A stretch of DNA of 64,000 bases from Octopus vulgaris (taxonomy: Eukaryota). Below the pieces are notes generated by a model. It had not been told where the DNA came from. It saw only the letters and a program-made list of their open reading frames with translations, and searched no databases. Location of the stretch: NCBI GenBank assembly GCA_951406725.2, contig OX597815.1:127348001-127412000 (forward strand). The letters run 5' to 3'. The first letter of the stretch is position 1. Each line of letters starts with the position of its first letter. Position numbers and translations under genes: made by a program. This document shows positions 23,328 through 39,270 of this stretch, in pieces.

Positions 23328-24790
23328 GGTTTTGTCAACCGTTATGGATGAAAAACCTGATAACATTTTGAAGAAGATCCCACTTAGTAATAACATGATT
23401 TCTCAACACATTGATGAAATGGCCAACGATGTCAAACATCAGCTCGTTAATATTCTCCAGCATTCTGAACTTTCTATACAAGTAGATGAGTCAACTGTTG
23501 TGGACAATCAATGTTTGACGATGGTATATGTCCAGTATTTCAGTGAAGACCTTCAGCCTTGTGAGGAAATGCTGTTCACAGAGAAACTGCCGCTTGATTC
23601 AAAAGGTGTAACTATTATTCACATTCTCAAGTCTTTGTTTTTGAATGTAGTATCCCACTCAGTAATATTCTTGCCTGTGCATCTGATTGAGCCCCTTTGA
23701 TGGTAGGAAGATACAAAAGTTTTTCATCTTTCTTAAAGCATAAAATTTCTTATCAGGTATTAACTGTTCATTGCTTGGCACACAAGCAGCATTTAGTGGC
23801 AAAAGATATAAACAGTAGATTGAATGATGTGCTTCAGTTAGTTATCAAGACTGTAAATAAATTGAAATCCAGCCCCTTGTCTGATCAAATTTTCCATCAA
23901 CTCTGTCTGAGAAATTATGAGGACTATACTAAACTCTTATACCATACTGAAGTGCAGTGGCTGTCAAAAGGAAAATGTGTTTCATATAATCATATCTTTC
24001 TTTGAAGATATTCCAATATCTGCTTCATTGATGGTTGCAAGATGCGATATCTTTTTTCTTTGTGATATAGTCCCGAATAAGTTATTGCAAGGAAACAGAA
24101 AAACTCTCGTTGATTGTAAATCATTTATCACTAACTTCATTTTGAAATTGGTGCTGTATGAGGCTAACATTTGAAATTGGTGCTGTATAAGACTAACATT
24201 TCAAACTGTCAATTCCCTCAATTTCCACAACTTGATTCTTTAAAAGATGAATTGGTTGATGAGGATTTAACTACATATTGCAAATTGCAAATATTTACAA
24301 TCATTGCATGATGGCATGGTGGAGCGATTTCAAGATGTTATTGTGCTGAATATTCCAAATTGGTATAGTAATCTGTTTAGGGTCATGCAGTTGATTGCAA
24401 GAACAATTATTTTTGCATCAGTAGTTCTGATCAATGGTTCATTTGGAGAAAATAAAAATCAGTGTAAAAGAAAGTGCAAGTTTACCGAAGTTAATCTGCC
24501 TGCATAATATAGAGTTAACATTAGAATTTTATTCACACTAATGGCAAAACTAAACCTACAATAAGGGGAATTTGTAAACAACGGCATATTTAATTCAAAC
24601 GGCACTAACCGAGCAATAAGTCTACAATATAGCGTGTGTGTCAAATGATACGGGGGGGGGAGTGTCCTAGGGGATCTGGTGTTAGGGAGGGTTGTGTCAG
24701 GGTTCTTTTTAAACAGGTGGGCGATGGAGCATTTTTTGGCCAATAAGTTGGTGATATTGTAATTTGGCATGAAAAGTTTGGGAAACACTG
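23328..24790 (+). mobile_element. hAT (Buster/Charlie, ZBED5/8-like) transposon fragment with right TIR
   Basis: IPLSNN, SIQVDEST, EEMLF, HCLAHKQHL, LLYHTEVQWLSKG; right end is the reverse complement of CAGTGTTTCCCAAAC, followed by atcTAtac. Confidence 0.88.
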
Positions 24791-27700
24791 ATCTATACAG
24801 ACAAGTGACTGAAAGTACTGTACAAGACTTGAATGATGAAGAGAAGGAGATTTTAGAAATGTTGTGGGGTAAAATGACTGATGGGAACAATGAAGAACCA
24901 TCAAATATAAGACATATGGACAGAAAATGAGTTAGAAAAACCACAGGCAATGTTAATGATGTTTTAAGCTTCATTAAAGCAGAAAACATCAGTTAAACAA
25001 ACCAGTTAATTATAGCTGCTGTTATTGTCATAGCTAAGATAGGTTGCAAGTGAAAAACTGAAGATATAAAAGCAAATGAAAGAAAGAGCCAAACTGGAGG
25101 AAGAGAATACGAATGAAGCTGGAAAAGACATGGAATGAACTGGGGTAACTAAATAGGATAATGAGAGGTGAGCTCAAGAATAAGGTCGTAATCAGAAAAT
25201 TAAATAAACAGTACAGGTTAAAAGAAAGGGGAAAACAAACGGTACATGAAGAATTGATACAAAAGGTGACAGCATTAAAGGCCAATTTAAAAAGGTATGA
25301 TGCAAAATGCAAAGGTCCTGAACAGAACAGATTGTTTCAATCAAATAGAAGGTGTCTATTTGAGGAAATAGAGAGAAGCCAACACCAAGAACGGATCCCA
25401 AATGCAGAAGGAAGTAAAGAATTTTAGGGAAGGCTGTGGAGCAGGCCAGTGAGACATAAAGAAAGTGCTTTCTTTATGTCTCGCTGGTCAGATAAATCAT
25501 ATCCTTTTCATGGATGATATAAAGGTTTATGCAAAAAATGAGAAACAGCTTGAAAGCCCTGTACATAATATCCACATTGTCTTAAATGACATAGGTATGG
25601 AGTTAGAGACAGAAAAGTGCACTATATTGAAAATGAAACAAGGAAGATTTGAAATAAGTGAAGAAATCGTAATGCCAAATGGGCAAATAATGAGAGTGGT
25701 TGAGAAAGGACAGTGGTATAAGTACTTGGGAATATTGGAAGCAGATGAGATAAAAAATGAAGAAATTAAGCAAATTATCAGTAGAGAGTATCCAAGGAAA
25801 GTCAGAAAACTTGAAACTTTACGAAAACAAAAGGACATCAGAATTAATCTATATACAGTGAGACGAAAGTTTTTAAAAATTGGAAAGGACCAGGCCCTGG
25901 TGGAGTACAAGGCTATTGGCTGAAGAATTTTACACAGTTGCGTGAAAGAATCGCTGACCAACTGGATGACAAGTGACGAAGGTTGCTATACCTTGAAAGG
26001 GAACTTGGCATCCAATTTTTTCATCTATAACCTGTCTGCCACTAATGCAGAAGCTTATGACGAGTGTTTTGGTGGAAGAGTTATACAGCCATCTGGAAAG
26101 TAACACTCTACGTCCAGAAGAACAGAAAGGATGCATGAAACAAAGTAGGCCAACAAAAAATCAATTATTAGTTGATGAAATGATAATTAGAAATTGTAGA
26201 TGCAAATTGATAGGACTGAATGTAACATGGCTAGATTACAAAAAAGTGTATGACATGGTACCACACAGATAAATAAGACAACGAGCATGCTTAGAATAGC
26301 AAAAAAACATGGAGAAAATGCTTAATGAAAGCATGAAACATTGGAATACTGAAGTGAACAGAGAAAAACAGAAACTCAGAAAAGTGAACATCAGATGTGG
26401 AATATTCCAAGGTGATAGTTTGTCTCCATTGCTATTTGTACTGGCCATGACACAGTTCACTATGAAACAAGAAAAAGTTAAAATTGCTTATGATTTGGGA
26501 AAAGAAAATGGTCAGATAAATCATATCCTTTTCATGGATGATATAAAGGTTTATGCAAAAAATGAGAAACAGCTTGAAAGCCTTGGACATAATATCCACA
26601 TTTTCTTAAATGACGTAGGTATGGAGTTTGAGATAGAAAAGTGTGCTATACTGAAAATGAAACAAGGAAGATTTGAAAGAAGCAAGGAAATTGTAATGCC
26701 AATTGGGCAAACAATGAGACTGGTTGAGAAAGGATAGTGGTATAAGTACTTGGGAATATTGGAAGCAGATGAGATAAAAAATGAAGAAATTAATCAGGTT
26801 ATCAGTAAAGAGTATACAAGGAAAGTCAGAAAATTATTGCAGTCAAAGCTGAATTCCAAAAATATCATTGAAGCAAAAAATTCAAGAGCAATACCCTTCA
26901 TCAGACATGGACTTGGAGTAATAGACTGGACCAAAAATGAAATAAAGAAACTTAACAGAAAAACTAGGAGGTTGTTGATGATGTATGGAGCCCACCATCC
27001 AAAAGCTGATATCAACCAGCTATATTTGAGGAGAGACCAGGGTGGGAGAGGCTTAATAGCAGTAAAAGAATGTGTACAGATGGAAAGAAAAAGTCTAGTA
27101 GAGTATTTACACAGCAGCACAGAAAAACTACTACAAGTAGTTAAGAAAGAACAGGTGATGAAGCACATAATAGGAGAAAAGGACAAGAATGAAGTACAAA
27201 GAGAGCACATCAAACAGATTAAAGAGAAACCTCAGCATGGACAATTTTGGAGAGCCACTGAAGATGTATGCAGAACCTGGGCTTGGTTAAAAATTAGGCA
27301 AGTAAAAAAAGAAACATAGAGCCAAGGTGCAGCAGTCCAAGATCAAGTGATAAAAACAAACAACTTGAGAAAAAATATATATGGAGAGAATATGTCAGAA
27401 AATGTAGAGCCTGTGGAACATGGAATGATACAGTGGCACACACTGTGACAGAATACCATAAGATGTCATAGGAAGAATATAATAAATGTAGGCACGACCA
27501 GGTTGTAAAAGTTTTACACTGGAAACTATGCCAGAAATGGGGATTTAAAGTTGGAAACACACAGTACAATCATCGAGTCAAAAGAGTACTAGAGTTGGAG
27601 AAATCTAAGATTGTGTGGGACTTTCAAATTCAAACGGACAAGAAATTAGAAAACAACAGACCAGATATTACAATTATAGATAAGGAAAAGCAAAGTTGAT

Positions 27701-28055
27701 TACTTATTGACCTATCATACCCATTTCATTCCAGGATTGTAAAGAAAGAAGAAAAACAAAAACAAATACAATCACCTAAATTTTGAAATAGGAAGAATTT
27801 GAAGCATGTGAATAGTAAAAGTTGTGCCTATAATAATTGGTGCATTGGGAACAGTAAGCCAAGATATAGACAAATGGCTGAGGGAGATTGAAATAGAATG
27901 CCCAGTAGAGCTCCTTAGGAACAGCACGGATTATCAAAAGAGTCCTAAGCACTTGAAAGACAGCTGAAAACTTGTGCATACCTAAGGTTACAGTAGTAAC
28001 CTGCTATCTACATAATCCCTTCCAAGAATAAGACCGAACATGAGCTAAAGCAAAA
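24791..28055 (+). mobile_element. R4/Dong LINE, nearly full length, decayed, with internal duplication
   Basis: WLDYKKVYDMVPH, GIFQGDSLSPLLF, HILFMDD, YKYLGILE, GGRGL, RHD, RPDI, PIIIGALG. Confidence 0.9.
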
Positions 28056-28165
28056 TAATAAAAATAATAATATAGCCTGCTGGCTGTGGATAGCTGATAC
28101 TTTCCATCATACTTGGCAAAAGAAACTGAGAGTTTTTATCAAATAATAATAATAATAATAATAAT

Positions 28166-28718
28166 GCCCTGATGCAGTACAAGGCACTGGCTCTCATGGC
28201 TTCTGATTTTAACTGATCGAAAGTGTTATCATGTACATGCTTTGTCTTGGTATAAAAGATGGGCCACAGCAAATATTCTGCTCAATACCACAGACTTACT
28301 TGTCATTTATTTGACCTTAACCAGTTGAGAATGTCCCTTAGTGGCTGATGTTATGTACATCTGTGATCGCAAACAGAAGTAGTGGGGTAGCATCATAACC
28401 ATATGTTGAGAGAAATTCTTTATGGTTTCAATAATTAATGTCTGGAAAAAGAGAGTTTTGTTTGGCATCCTTAAGCAAACCTTATTCAGAGACCTTTTAA
28501 GCAGTATGGGCTACTTGACCTGAAGAAAATTTTAACTGGGCCCCATCTGCAAGGTTATGCATAGTTTACCTTGATATGAGATCACCATGTTGTGCACATA
28601 TGGTTGTAATGCATGTGCCAGGTCTATCCTTATCAGACGGGTAGTCATGATGGATATATAAGACTTTGTATATTTGTACCCCAATGTCACTTTGATGGCA
28701 TGCACTGCTCTCTCACTA
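28166..28718 (+). repeat. Unclassified 0.55 kb interspersed repeat with (AAT)n tail; other copies 31196-31735 and 35675-35853 (partial)
   Basis: Shared start gccctgatgcagtac.aggca and shared end gcatgcact.ctctctcact. Confidence 0.85.
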
Positions 28719-28737
28719 AATAAAAATAATAATAATA

Positions 28738-29163
28738 ATCTTTTCTATTACAGACACAAGACCTGAAATCTGGGGGAGTGGGTAGTCAATTACATCAACC
28801 CCAGCGCTCAACTAGTACTTATTTTATCGACCTGGAATGAAGGATGAAAGTCAAAGTTGACTTTGGCAGAATTTGAACTCAATGTAAGGACGGATGAAAT
28901 GCCGCTAAGCATTTTACCCAGCATGCTAATGATTCTACCAGCTCACCACCTTAATAAAAATAATAAGTCCTTTCTACTGAAGGCACAAGGCCTGAAATTT
29001 GTGGGAAGGGTATTAGTCATTTCATTGATACTTAATTTATCAACCTCAAAAGGATGAAAGGAAAATCAACCTTGGTGGAATTTGAACTCATAACACAATG
29101 ACAGATGAAGTGCTGGTAAGCATTTTATCTGGCATAGTAACATTTCTGCCAACTTGCCACCTT
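28738..29163 (-). mobile_element. Two tandem copies of the tRNA-derived (MetaSINE-like) SINE; further minus copies near 34800-35021, 35059-35190, 35880-36000, 38455-38630, 40690-40880, 50925-51140 and 60790-60960
   Basis: ggatgaaagg.aaag...gaatttgaactc motif, reverse complement of 743-958. Confidence 0.75.
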
Positions 29164-29375
29164 AATAACAATGGCTGTTCATCATCATTTAATGTCTGCT
29201 GTCCATGCTGACATCGGCTGGACAGCTTGACCAGGCTGGCACACTGGAAGACTGTACCAGATTCCAGTCTGATTTGGCATGGTTTTCTGTGGCTAGATTT
29301 CCTTCTTAACGCCAACCACACTGCGACTATAAAGGGTGCTTTTACATGCCACCAGCATAGGTGCCATTTGCATGA

Positions 29376-31141
29376 CACCAGGGTGCTCATAATTGCAAAA
29401 ACCTTCCTTGGAGTGGAATGTACCCCACAGCATAGGTTATTCATTAGTGAAGTCAAGCTACTGGCACAAAAAAATCCAAGAAGCAAGCCAGTTTGGAAAA
29501 GAAGGATATGGAAGCTTTGAATAGTCCTTTGAATAGTCAGAGATTTAGATATGTTCTAACTTAAGCATTTAATGAGAAGGAGGAGGGTTACAGTCTTGTA
29601 ACATAGAAGGTAACTGGAAGTTCCTACAGGACAACTTGCTGAGAGACACAGACCAAATTTGTGGCTGATGCAAAGTCCCAATCAGGCCTAGGATGATGTG
29701 GTGGTATTACAGTGTAGTTGACAGGACAATTAGAGCAAAGAAACATGCTTGGAAGGACTTGAAGGGTGGCTGTAACAAAGAGATATATCAAGCAGCTAGA
29801 GAGGAAGCTAGGAAGCAGGTATACTTAACCAGAGGTGAGGCAGAAAAGAGAAGTTTTCTGAAGTTCTGCAGTGTAAGGACCAGTGGCTTGAAGTATTTCA
29901 GTTTGCAAGACAGTGTACCACATAAAACTGTAATGGTGTTAGAGAGAAGTGCATGGGGGATAGTTCACTTGAAGTTAGTGGCTCTGCAAAGAAAGAGGCT
30001 TGGAAGTCCCACTATGAAAGGCTGCTAAATGGAGAGAACTCATGGTAGAAGGAGAGTCTGCCTTCTGTGGATTCAAGAGAGGGACCAGCAATCCAAATAG
30101 ACAGTAGCTTGGTAGATAAAGCCATTAAGAATATGCAGACTAGGCCCATTAGAAATCACTGCTGAGATGCTTAAAAAATCTGGCAGTGTGGGTTATGGTC
30201 TAGTTACTTGTATAGTTAATCAGGTTGAACATGAGGGAGTCATACCCCTTGACTAGTGGAGCAGCATCATAGTCAACAGCTACAAAGGTAAAGGTGACCT
30301 TAGGTAGAAATAATTACAGAGGTATTAAATTGTTGGATCAAGCTGTGAAAATTACAGAGAGGGTCATAGCCCAACCAATTATGATGAGAGTTAGCCTTAA
30401 TGAGATGCAGTTTGGTTTTGTGTCAGGGAGAAGCACCACTGATGTTATATTTCTGGTAAGGCAGCTGAAAAATCTCTGTCCTTGACTTTTGTTGACATGG
30501 ATAAAGCCTTCAACAGGGTCCCCAACACACTTATCTGTGATAAGCAAGAGGTTGGTGAGAGCTGTACAAGTAGTAGATAGCTTCTGTTATCTATCTGAGA
30601 GCATTGTTGCTAGAATAAGAATAGGCTGGGCAAAGTTTAGAGAGTTTCTACTTCTGTTGGTAACAAAGGGTCTCTTGCTCAGAGTGAAAGGTAGACAGTA
30701 TGGTGCCTGTGTGCAAACAACTATGTTACATGGTAGCAAAACATGGGCTGTGACTGCCGAGGACATGTGTAGGCTTCAAACAAATGAAGCTAGTGTGCTT
30801 TGCTGAATGTGCAATGTCAGTGTACATGTATGACAGATTGTAAGCATCCCAAGAGAAAAGTTGGTCATAAGAGGCATCGGATGTGACGTGCAAGAGAGAT
30901 GACTGTGCTGGTATGGGCAAAGACAGCTGAGTAAAAAAAGTATCCATTACAATAAAAAGTATCCATTACACTCTTGGAGTGGTTGGCATTAGGAAGGGCA
31001 TCCAATCAAAGGAACCATGCTAACTCAGATTGGAACCTGGTGCAACTCTCGGGCTTACCAGTTTCAGTCAAACCCTCTTACCCATGCCAGCATAGAAAAC
31101 AGACACTAAATGAATGAATGAATGAATGAATGAATGATGAC

Positions 31142-31190
<49 letters not shown>
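29376..31190 (+). mobile_element. RTE LINE with multiple internal deletions and (GAAT)n(GAT)n tail; an oppositely oriented RTE 3' end lies at 29180-29375
   Basis: ECTPQHRL, NYRGIKLLDQ, MQFGFVSGRSTTD, MLHGSKTW. Confidence 0.85.
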
Positions 31191-31735
31191 CCGCCGCCCT
31201 GATGCAGTACCAGGCAATGGCTCTCATGGCTGCTGGAAGTGTTATCATGTACCTTGTTTTGTCTTGGTATAAAAGATGGGCTACAGCAAATATTCTGCTC
31301 AATACCACAGATTTGCTTGTCAGTTGTTTGACCGTAACCAGTTGACCATGTCCCTTAGTGGCTGACGATATGTGCATTTCTGATCACAATCGTAAGTAGT
31401 GGGGGAGCATCAGAGCTGTGTGTTGAAAGGAATTCTTAGAGGTTTGAATAATTCACCTTTGGAAACATGGGTGGTTCATTCAACATCCTTAAACAATCCT
31501 TATTCAGGGACCTTTTGAGCGGGATGGGCTACTCAACCAGAAGAAAATTCTAACTGGGCCCCACCTGCAAGGTCATGCGCTGTTTATCTTGATATGAGAT
31601 CACCATGTCGTGCACATATTGTTGTGATGCATGTGCCTGGTGTACCCTTATCAGACAGGTAGTCATGATGGGTATACTGGGCTTCATATATTTTATCCCA
31701 GTGTCACTTTGATGGCATGCACTGCTCTCTCACTC

Positions 31736-31769
<34 letters not shown>

Positions 31770-31773
<4 letters not shown>

Positions 31774-34770
31774 AAATGGTGTTCATCTTTGGGAATACCA
31801 ACAATGTATGTATGATCAATGGAGAGAAAGAGAACTGTTTCAACTCACGGAACAGAGATTATGTGATCAAGCAAAAAACAGGTGAAATCTCTAATAAACC
31901 ACAGGAAAGGAACAGTGATAGCTTGCTCGATGAGAGACATATAGATGGTTTGAAGAAGACAATAAAACTAATGATGAGAATAAAGGCAAGGCTACAGGAG
32001 AACAAAAGCAACATTATTTACAACCTTAAAAACGGTTGATTGGTGGAAAGTGAACCAAGAAACAAAAAATGTGAATGAAGTTCTGAAATACATCAGAACA
32101 AAAAACATAACAGAAACAAATAATTTGATCAAGGCAGCAAGTATTGTTGTAGCAGAAAATGTGGGTGTTGATGTCAAAAGGAAATATAATGGAAGAGACA
32201 AAAGAAAAGATCCATGGTGGAAAAGAAGAATACTGGCAGTGTTAGACATGCTCTCAAAGGACATTTCTGTGTTACACCGAAAATAAAAAAGGGAGCTTAA
32301 AAGTGAACAAAAATACAGGGCACTGAACAAGAAGTATAATATTGAAAGAGAGGGCCAGAAAGTAGTAATGGAGGAACTGAAACAGCACCTCATTGCAAAG
32401 AAAGCAAAGATGGTAAGATACGACCAAAGAATGAAGGGTTACCAGTAGAATTGGATATTCAGAGTAGATCAGAAGAGATTCTATAAAGAAATAAACGGAG
32501 AGTGTACAGATGAAAAGTTGATACCAGATAACATTAAAATCAAAGGTTTTGGAGTGACATTTGGAGCAAAGGCAAGGAGCAGTCCAAAACAGGCAGAACT
32601 AGTCATTTCAGTTAGGGAAGTGAAGGAAATTAGCAAAAAATGGGCAACTAGAAGGCCCCAGTACCAGATGAAGTTCAAGGCTACTGGATCAAAAGATTTA
32701 GTGAATGTCATACACAAATAGCTGCCAACCAAATAACACCAGATTGGTAGACAATGGGTAGGACAGTGCTGTACTTGAAATACGATATCCTGCTTGCCAC
32801 TTAAGTGGACATTATTGACTAGAATAGTCGCAGAGTGAATGTATGGACATCTGGAAAGAAATGGAGTCCTGCCACATGAGCAGAAGGGTTGTAAGCGTAA
32901 GTGCAGAGGTACCAAGGATCAATGCCTGGTAGACAAAACTGTACTTGGAGACTGCAAGAGGAGGAAAACTAACTTTGCCATGTCATGGATCGATTATCAT
33001 AAGGTGTATGATATGATCCCACATTCTTGGATTATGGAATGTATGAACCTATTTGGTACTGCATTGAATGTCGAGTGACTGCTCAGAAAAAGTATGGTGA
33101 AATGGAGGACAGAATTGACAGCATATGGAAGAAGTTTAGAGACAATAGAAATCAGGAGAGGCATTTTCCAAGGCGACTACCTGTCCCCACTGATCTTTGT
33201 ATGTGCATTATACCACTAACACTGCTTCCGAGGAAAGTAAAGACTGGGTATGTACTGAAGAGCCACCAACAAAGTCAACCACTTGTTATTCATGGATGAC
33301 CTCAAACTTTATGGTAAAGATGAATCCCGAGTCAATTCCCTCGTTGAAACGGTGTACACTTTCAGTGCTGATATCAGAATGGAGTTCGGAATTAAAAAGT
33401 GTGATGTGTTAGTCTTGAAGAGAGGCAAAATCAAATGTATGGATGGGCTACCGATATTGTCAGGGGTGGGTTTTGAAGCAGATAGAAGAGACGGGCTATA
33501 AGAACTTGGGGATATTGGAAATGGATAAATTGATGGAGAAAGAAATGACAGAAAAATTTAAGGTGGAGTACTTGCACAGACTGAAACTGATTCTTAAGTC
33601 AAAATTAAATGGATGGAGTAAGATTGGAGCGATCAACACTCCTTAGAGTTTCACTCCTTAGATATGGAGCAGGGATAATCACATGGACAATAGAAGAACT
33701 AAACAGCTTAGACAGAAAGACAAAGAAATTGCTGACTAGATATAGAATACGCCACCTAAAAAGTGACACATTGTATGTACCAAGAAAAAGAGGGGGAAGA
33801 GGACTGATTGGATACAAACACAGCATTAGAGCAGAAGAAAACAACATATAGTGGTATGTAAAAAATGCCACAGAACCACCATTATTGGAAGTAAGAAGGT
33901 CAAGCTTGTGTAGGATGGAAAATTGCAAAGATAAAGCACTGTACAAGCACTTGAGAATGAATGAAACTGAAAATAGGTGGATAAAGAAAAGAATGCATGG
34001 ACAATTTCATATGGATGTTGAAGATAAGACAGAGAAAAAAGACGGCTGTGGATGACTATAAGTGATTTAAAATTGGAAACGGAGGCTCTAATCTGTGCTG
34101 CCCAAGAACAAGCACTAAAAACGAGTTACATCAAATACAGAAATAGACAACAGAAAGTGATAAGTGCAGAGTTTATAGGCAAAATGGTGAAACCATATGG
34201 CATATTACCAGTCAATGTACATCACTAGCCCAGAACGAATATAAGAGACATGACAATATAGCAAGGATTGTCCATTGGACACTTTACATGTATGGACTTG
34301 ACAAAGCAAAAAAGTGGTATGAACATAAACCAGAAGACATCATAAAAATTATAATGCAAAGATCCTAGGCGGGATTTTATGATTCAATGTGACCATAAGA
34401 TAGAGAATAGGAACCAAAAATAGTATTTATTGAGAAAGAAAGCAAACGATGCTGGATCATAGATATAGCATGTCCAGCTGACAAGGAAGACAGAAAAGTC
34501 AATAAATATAACAGACTAGTTTGGGAGGTTAAGCAGTAGTAGTAGCAATAATTGGGAGGTAGTAATAGCAATAATTGTCAGAGCCCTGGGAACAGTGAGT
34601 AAAAATCTTGAGAAGTACATGAAACAAATAGGGGCTGCAAAAAGGGTAGAGCACTTGCAGAAAACAGCACTGCTTGGAACCACTTGACTACTCCGGATAG
34701 TGCTAAAAAAATAAAGGGTAGTGAACAACTGGCACTGAAGTACATCTTCAGTGTTAGAAGCTGTGCAAAA
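31770..34770 (+). mobile_element. R4/Dong LINE, long decayed copy
   Basis: [47 protein letters not shown] motifs; (AAT)n on both sides. Confidence 0.9.
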
Positions 34771-35271
34771 ACAATAAATAATAATATTAATAATTATTAT
34801 TTCAAATTTTTGCCATAAGCGCAGCTTGGAGGAGGTGGGGATGAGTCAATTACATCGACCCCCACCCCACCCCCATGTTCAACTGGTACTTATTTTATCA
34901 ACCTCTGAAGGATGAAAGGCAAAGTTGACCGCAGTGGAATTTGAACTTAGGACATAGCGATGGGTGAAATACCGCTAAGCATTTAATCCAGATTGCTATG
35001 GATTCTACTAGCTTGCTGCCTTAATAATAATAATAATAATAATTACTATTATTATTAATGGTTTCAAATTTTGGCACAAGGCCAGCAAAGTAAGAGGAGG
35101 GGTCAAGTTGGTTTCATCAACCTCAGTACTCAGTCAGTACTTATTTTACTAACCTTAAAAGGATGAAAGGCAAACATGACCTCGGCAGATTTTGAAAATA
35201 ATAACAACAACAATAACACAAGCAGCAGCAGTAGCAACAACAACAACAACAGCAACAACAAGACGAAGAAG

Positions 35272-35617
35272 AAGAGCACTCAGAGAGTGTAAACCTCTGC
35301 CAAGGCAGCACTATCCTCTCAATGATTAGCCAGAGATGATTTTTAAAATGAAAATGTCTGAAATAAACTTGACTACTCTCACAAACAACAATACAAAAAA
35401 ATGAACTCTCAAAAATTAAGTAAAATACAGGAAAAATAATCTAGAATTCTTGCCCAGAAGCAGATCGATTCCAAAATGCAATGAGTTTGTGCCAGTCACA
35501 AAGCCAAACATCCCTGAAAATTTCATCCAAATCTATCCAGTGGTTCTTCAGAATTGCTATCCTTGGACAAACAAACAAACATGACTGAAAACAATACTTC
35601 TGCCTTCATTAAGGTGG

Positions 35618-35620
<3 letters not shown>
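35272..35620 (+). mobile_element. Helentron/HINE-like non-autonomous repeat; second copy at about 50625-50860
   Basis: Shared aaaattaagtaaaa..catccctgaaa.tttcatccaaat..acaaac..aaaacaatac block with (ACAA)n and a short terminal stem; class is inferred. Confidence 0.45.
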
Positions 35621-35674
<54 letters not shown>

Positions 35675-36002
35675 GGCCCCACCTGCAAGGTCATGTGCTT
35701 TTAATCTTGATATGAGATCACCATGTCATGCACATATGGTTGTGATGCATGTGCCTGGTGTACCCTTATCAGACAGGTAGTCATGATGGGTATACAGGGC
35801 TTTGTATACTTTACCCCAGTGTCACTTTGATGGCATGCACTACTCTCTCACTCAATGATAATGATAATAATAGTAATAATCCTTTCTATTATGGACATAA
35901 GGCCTGAAATTTGGGGGAGAGGGTTAACTGATTACATCAACCTCAGTACTCAACTGGTATTTGATTTATCAACCCTGAAAGGATGAAAGTTAAGTCAATC
36001 TT

Positions 36003-38420
<2,418 letters not shown>

Positions 38421-38901
38421 ATTATAATAATAATAATAATAAAAACAATAATAATCCTTTTCACTATAGGCACAAGGCCTGAAATTTGTGGGGAAGTGAA
38501 TTAATCTATTACATTGACCCTAGTACTTAACCGGTACTTATTTTATTGATCCCAAGAAGATGAAAGGTAAAATCGACCTCATCAAAATTTGAATTCAGAA
38601 TGTCAAGAGCCAGAAGAAATGCCACTAAGGATATAATAATGGTATTGATGATAATGACAGGGAAATGATTTTCATGATGGTAAATTCTTCATTAGTATAG
38701 ATTTACAAGGTTTTATTGGAAAGGTGCAGTTCAGTTAATCAATCCCCTTAGACGTTTTGTATTTTATCACTTCAAATATATATGTTGGAATCAATTTGAC
38801 TTTACAACCCTACTCAACAAATTTAGACTTTGTGAAAGTGTATGAATAACAATAAGAAGTTTATTATAAATAACATTCGCATAAGGGATATATTTCCTTA
38901 C

Positions 38902-39037
38902 CTGTTGCTGTTCCATCTCCCACAACAGTATTCTGATCTGATACTTCAACTTTTAGTATGATACGCTCAAATGTTTCTCTGTCTAGTTTTTCCTTTAGAG
39001 TAATATTTCCCGTATTGTGATCAATCTCAAAATATGG
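38902..39037 (-). CDS. Cadherin exon 6 (PYFEIDHNTGNITLKEKLDRETFERIILKVEVSDQNTVVGDGTAT)
   Basis: tttcag/gtaagg boundaries; LDRE motif; 136 nt, phase 0 to 1. Confidence 0.92.
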
Positions 39038-39232
39038 CTGAAATGGATTGCATGATTATGATTAGCATTTTCTTTTGGTTTCTATGAATATGATGCCAGG
39101 ATTTTTTTTAACTCCGAAATAATTATGGGTGAAGTTGGTAGACAAGAACTGAAAGAAGCTTGTCGTGCGTGTGTATATGTGTTTGTGTGTGTGCATGTGT
39201 GTGTATGTGTTTGTGTGTACGCGTGTGTGTGT

Positions 39233-39270
<38 letters not shown>

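Noticed and set aside
23332-24174. ZBED8/SCAND3-like domesticated gene
   Set aside because: Frameshifted, 5'-deleted and retains a TIR, so it is a dead hAT transposon
24140-24200. Short tandem duplications (29 bp here; similar at about 20750-20795 and 30935-30970)
   Set aside because: Ordinary slippage or repair scars in dead elements
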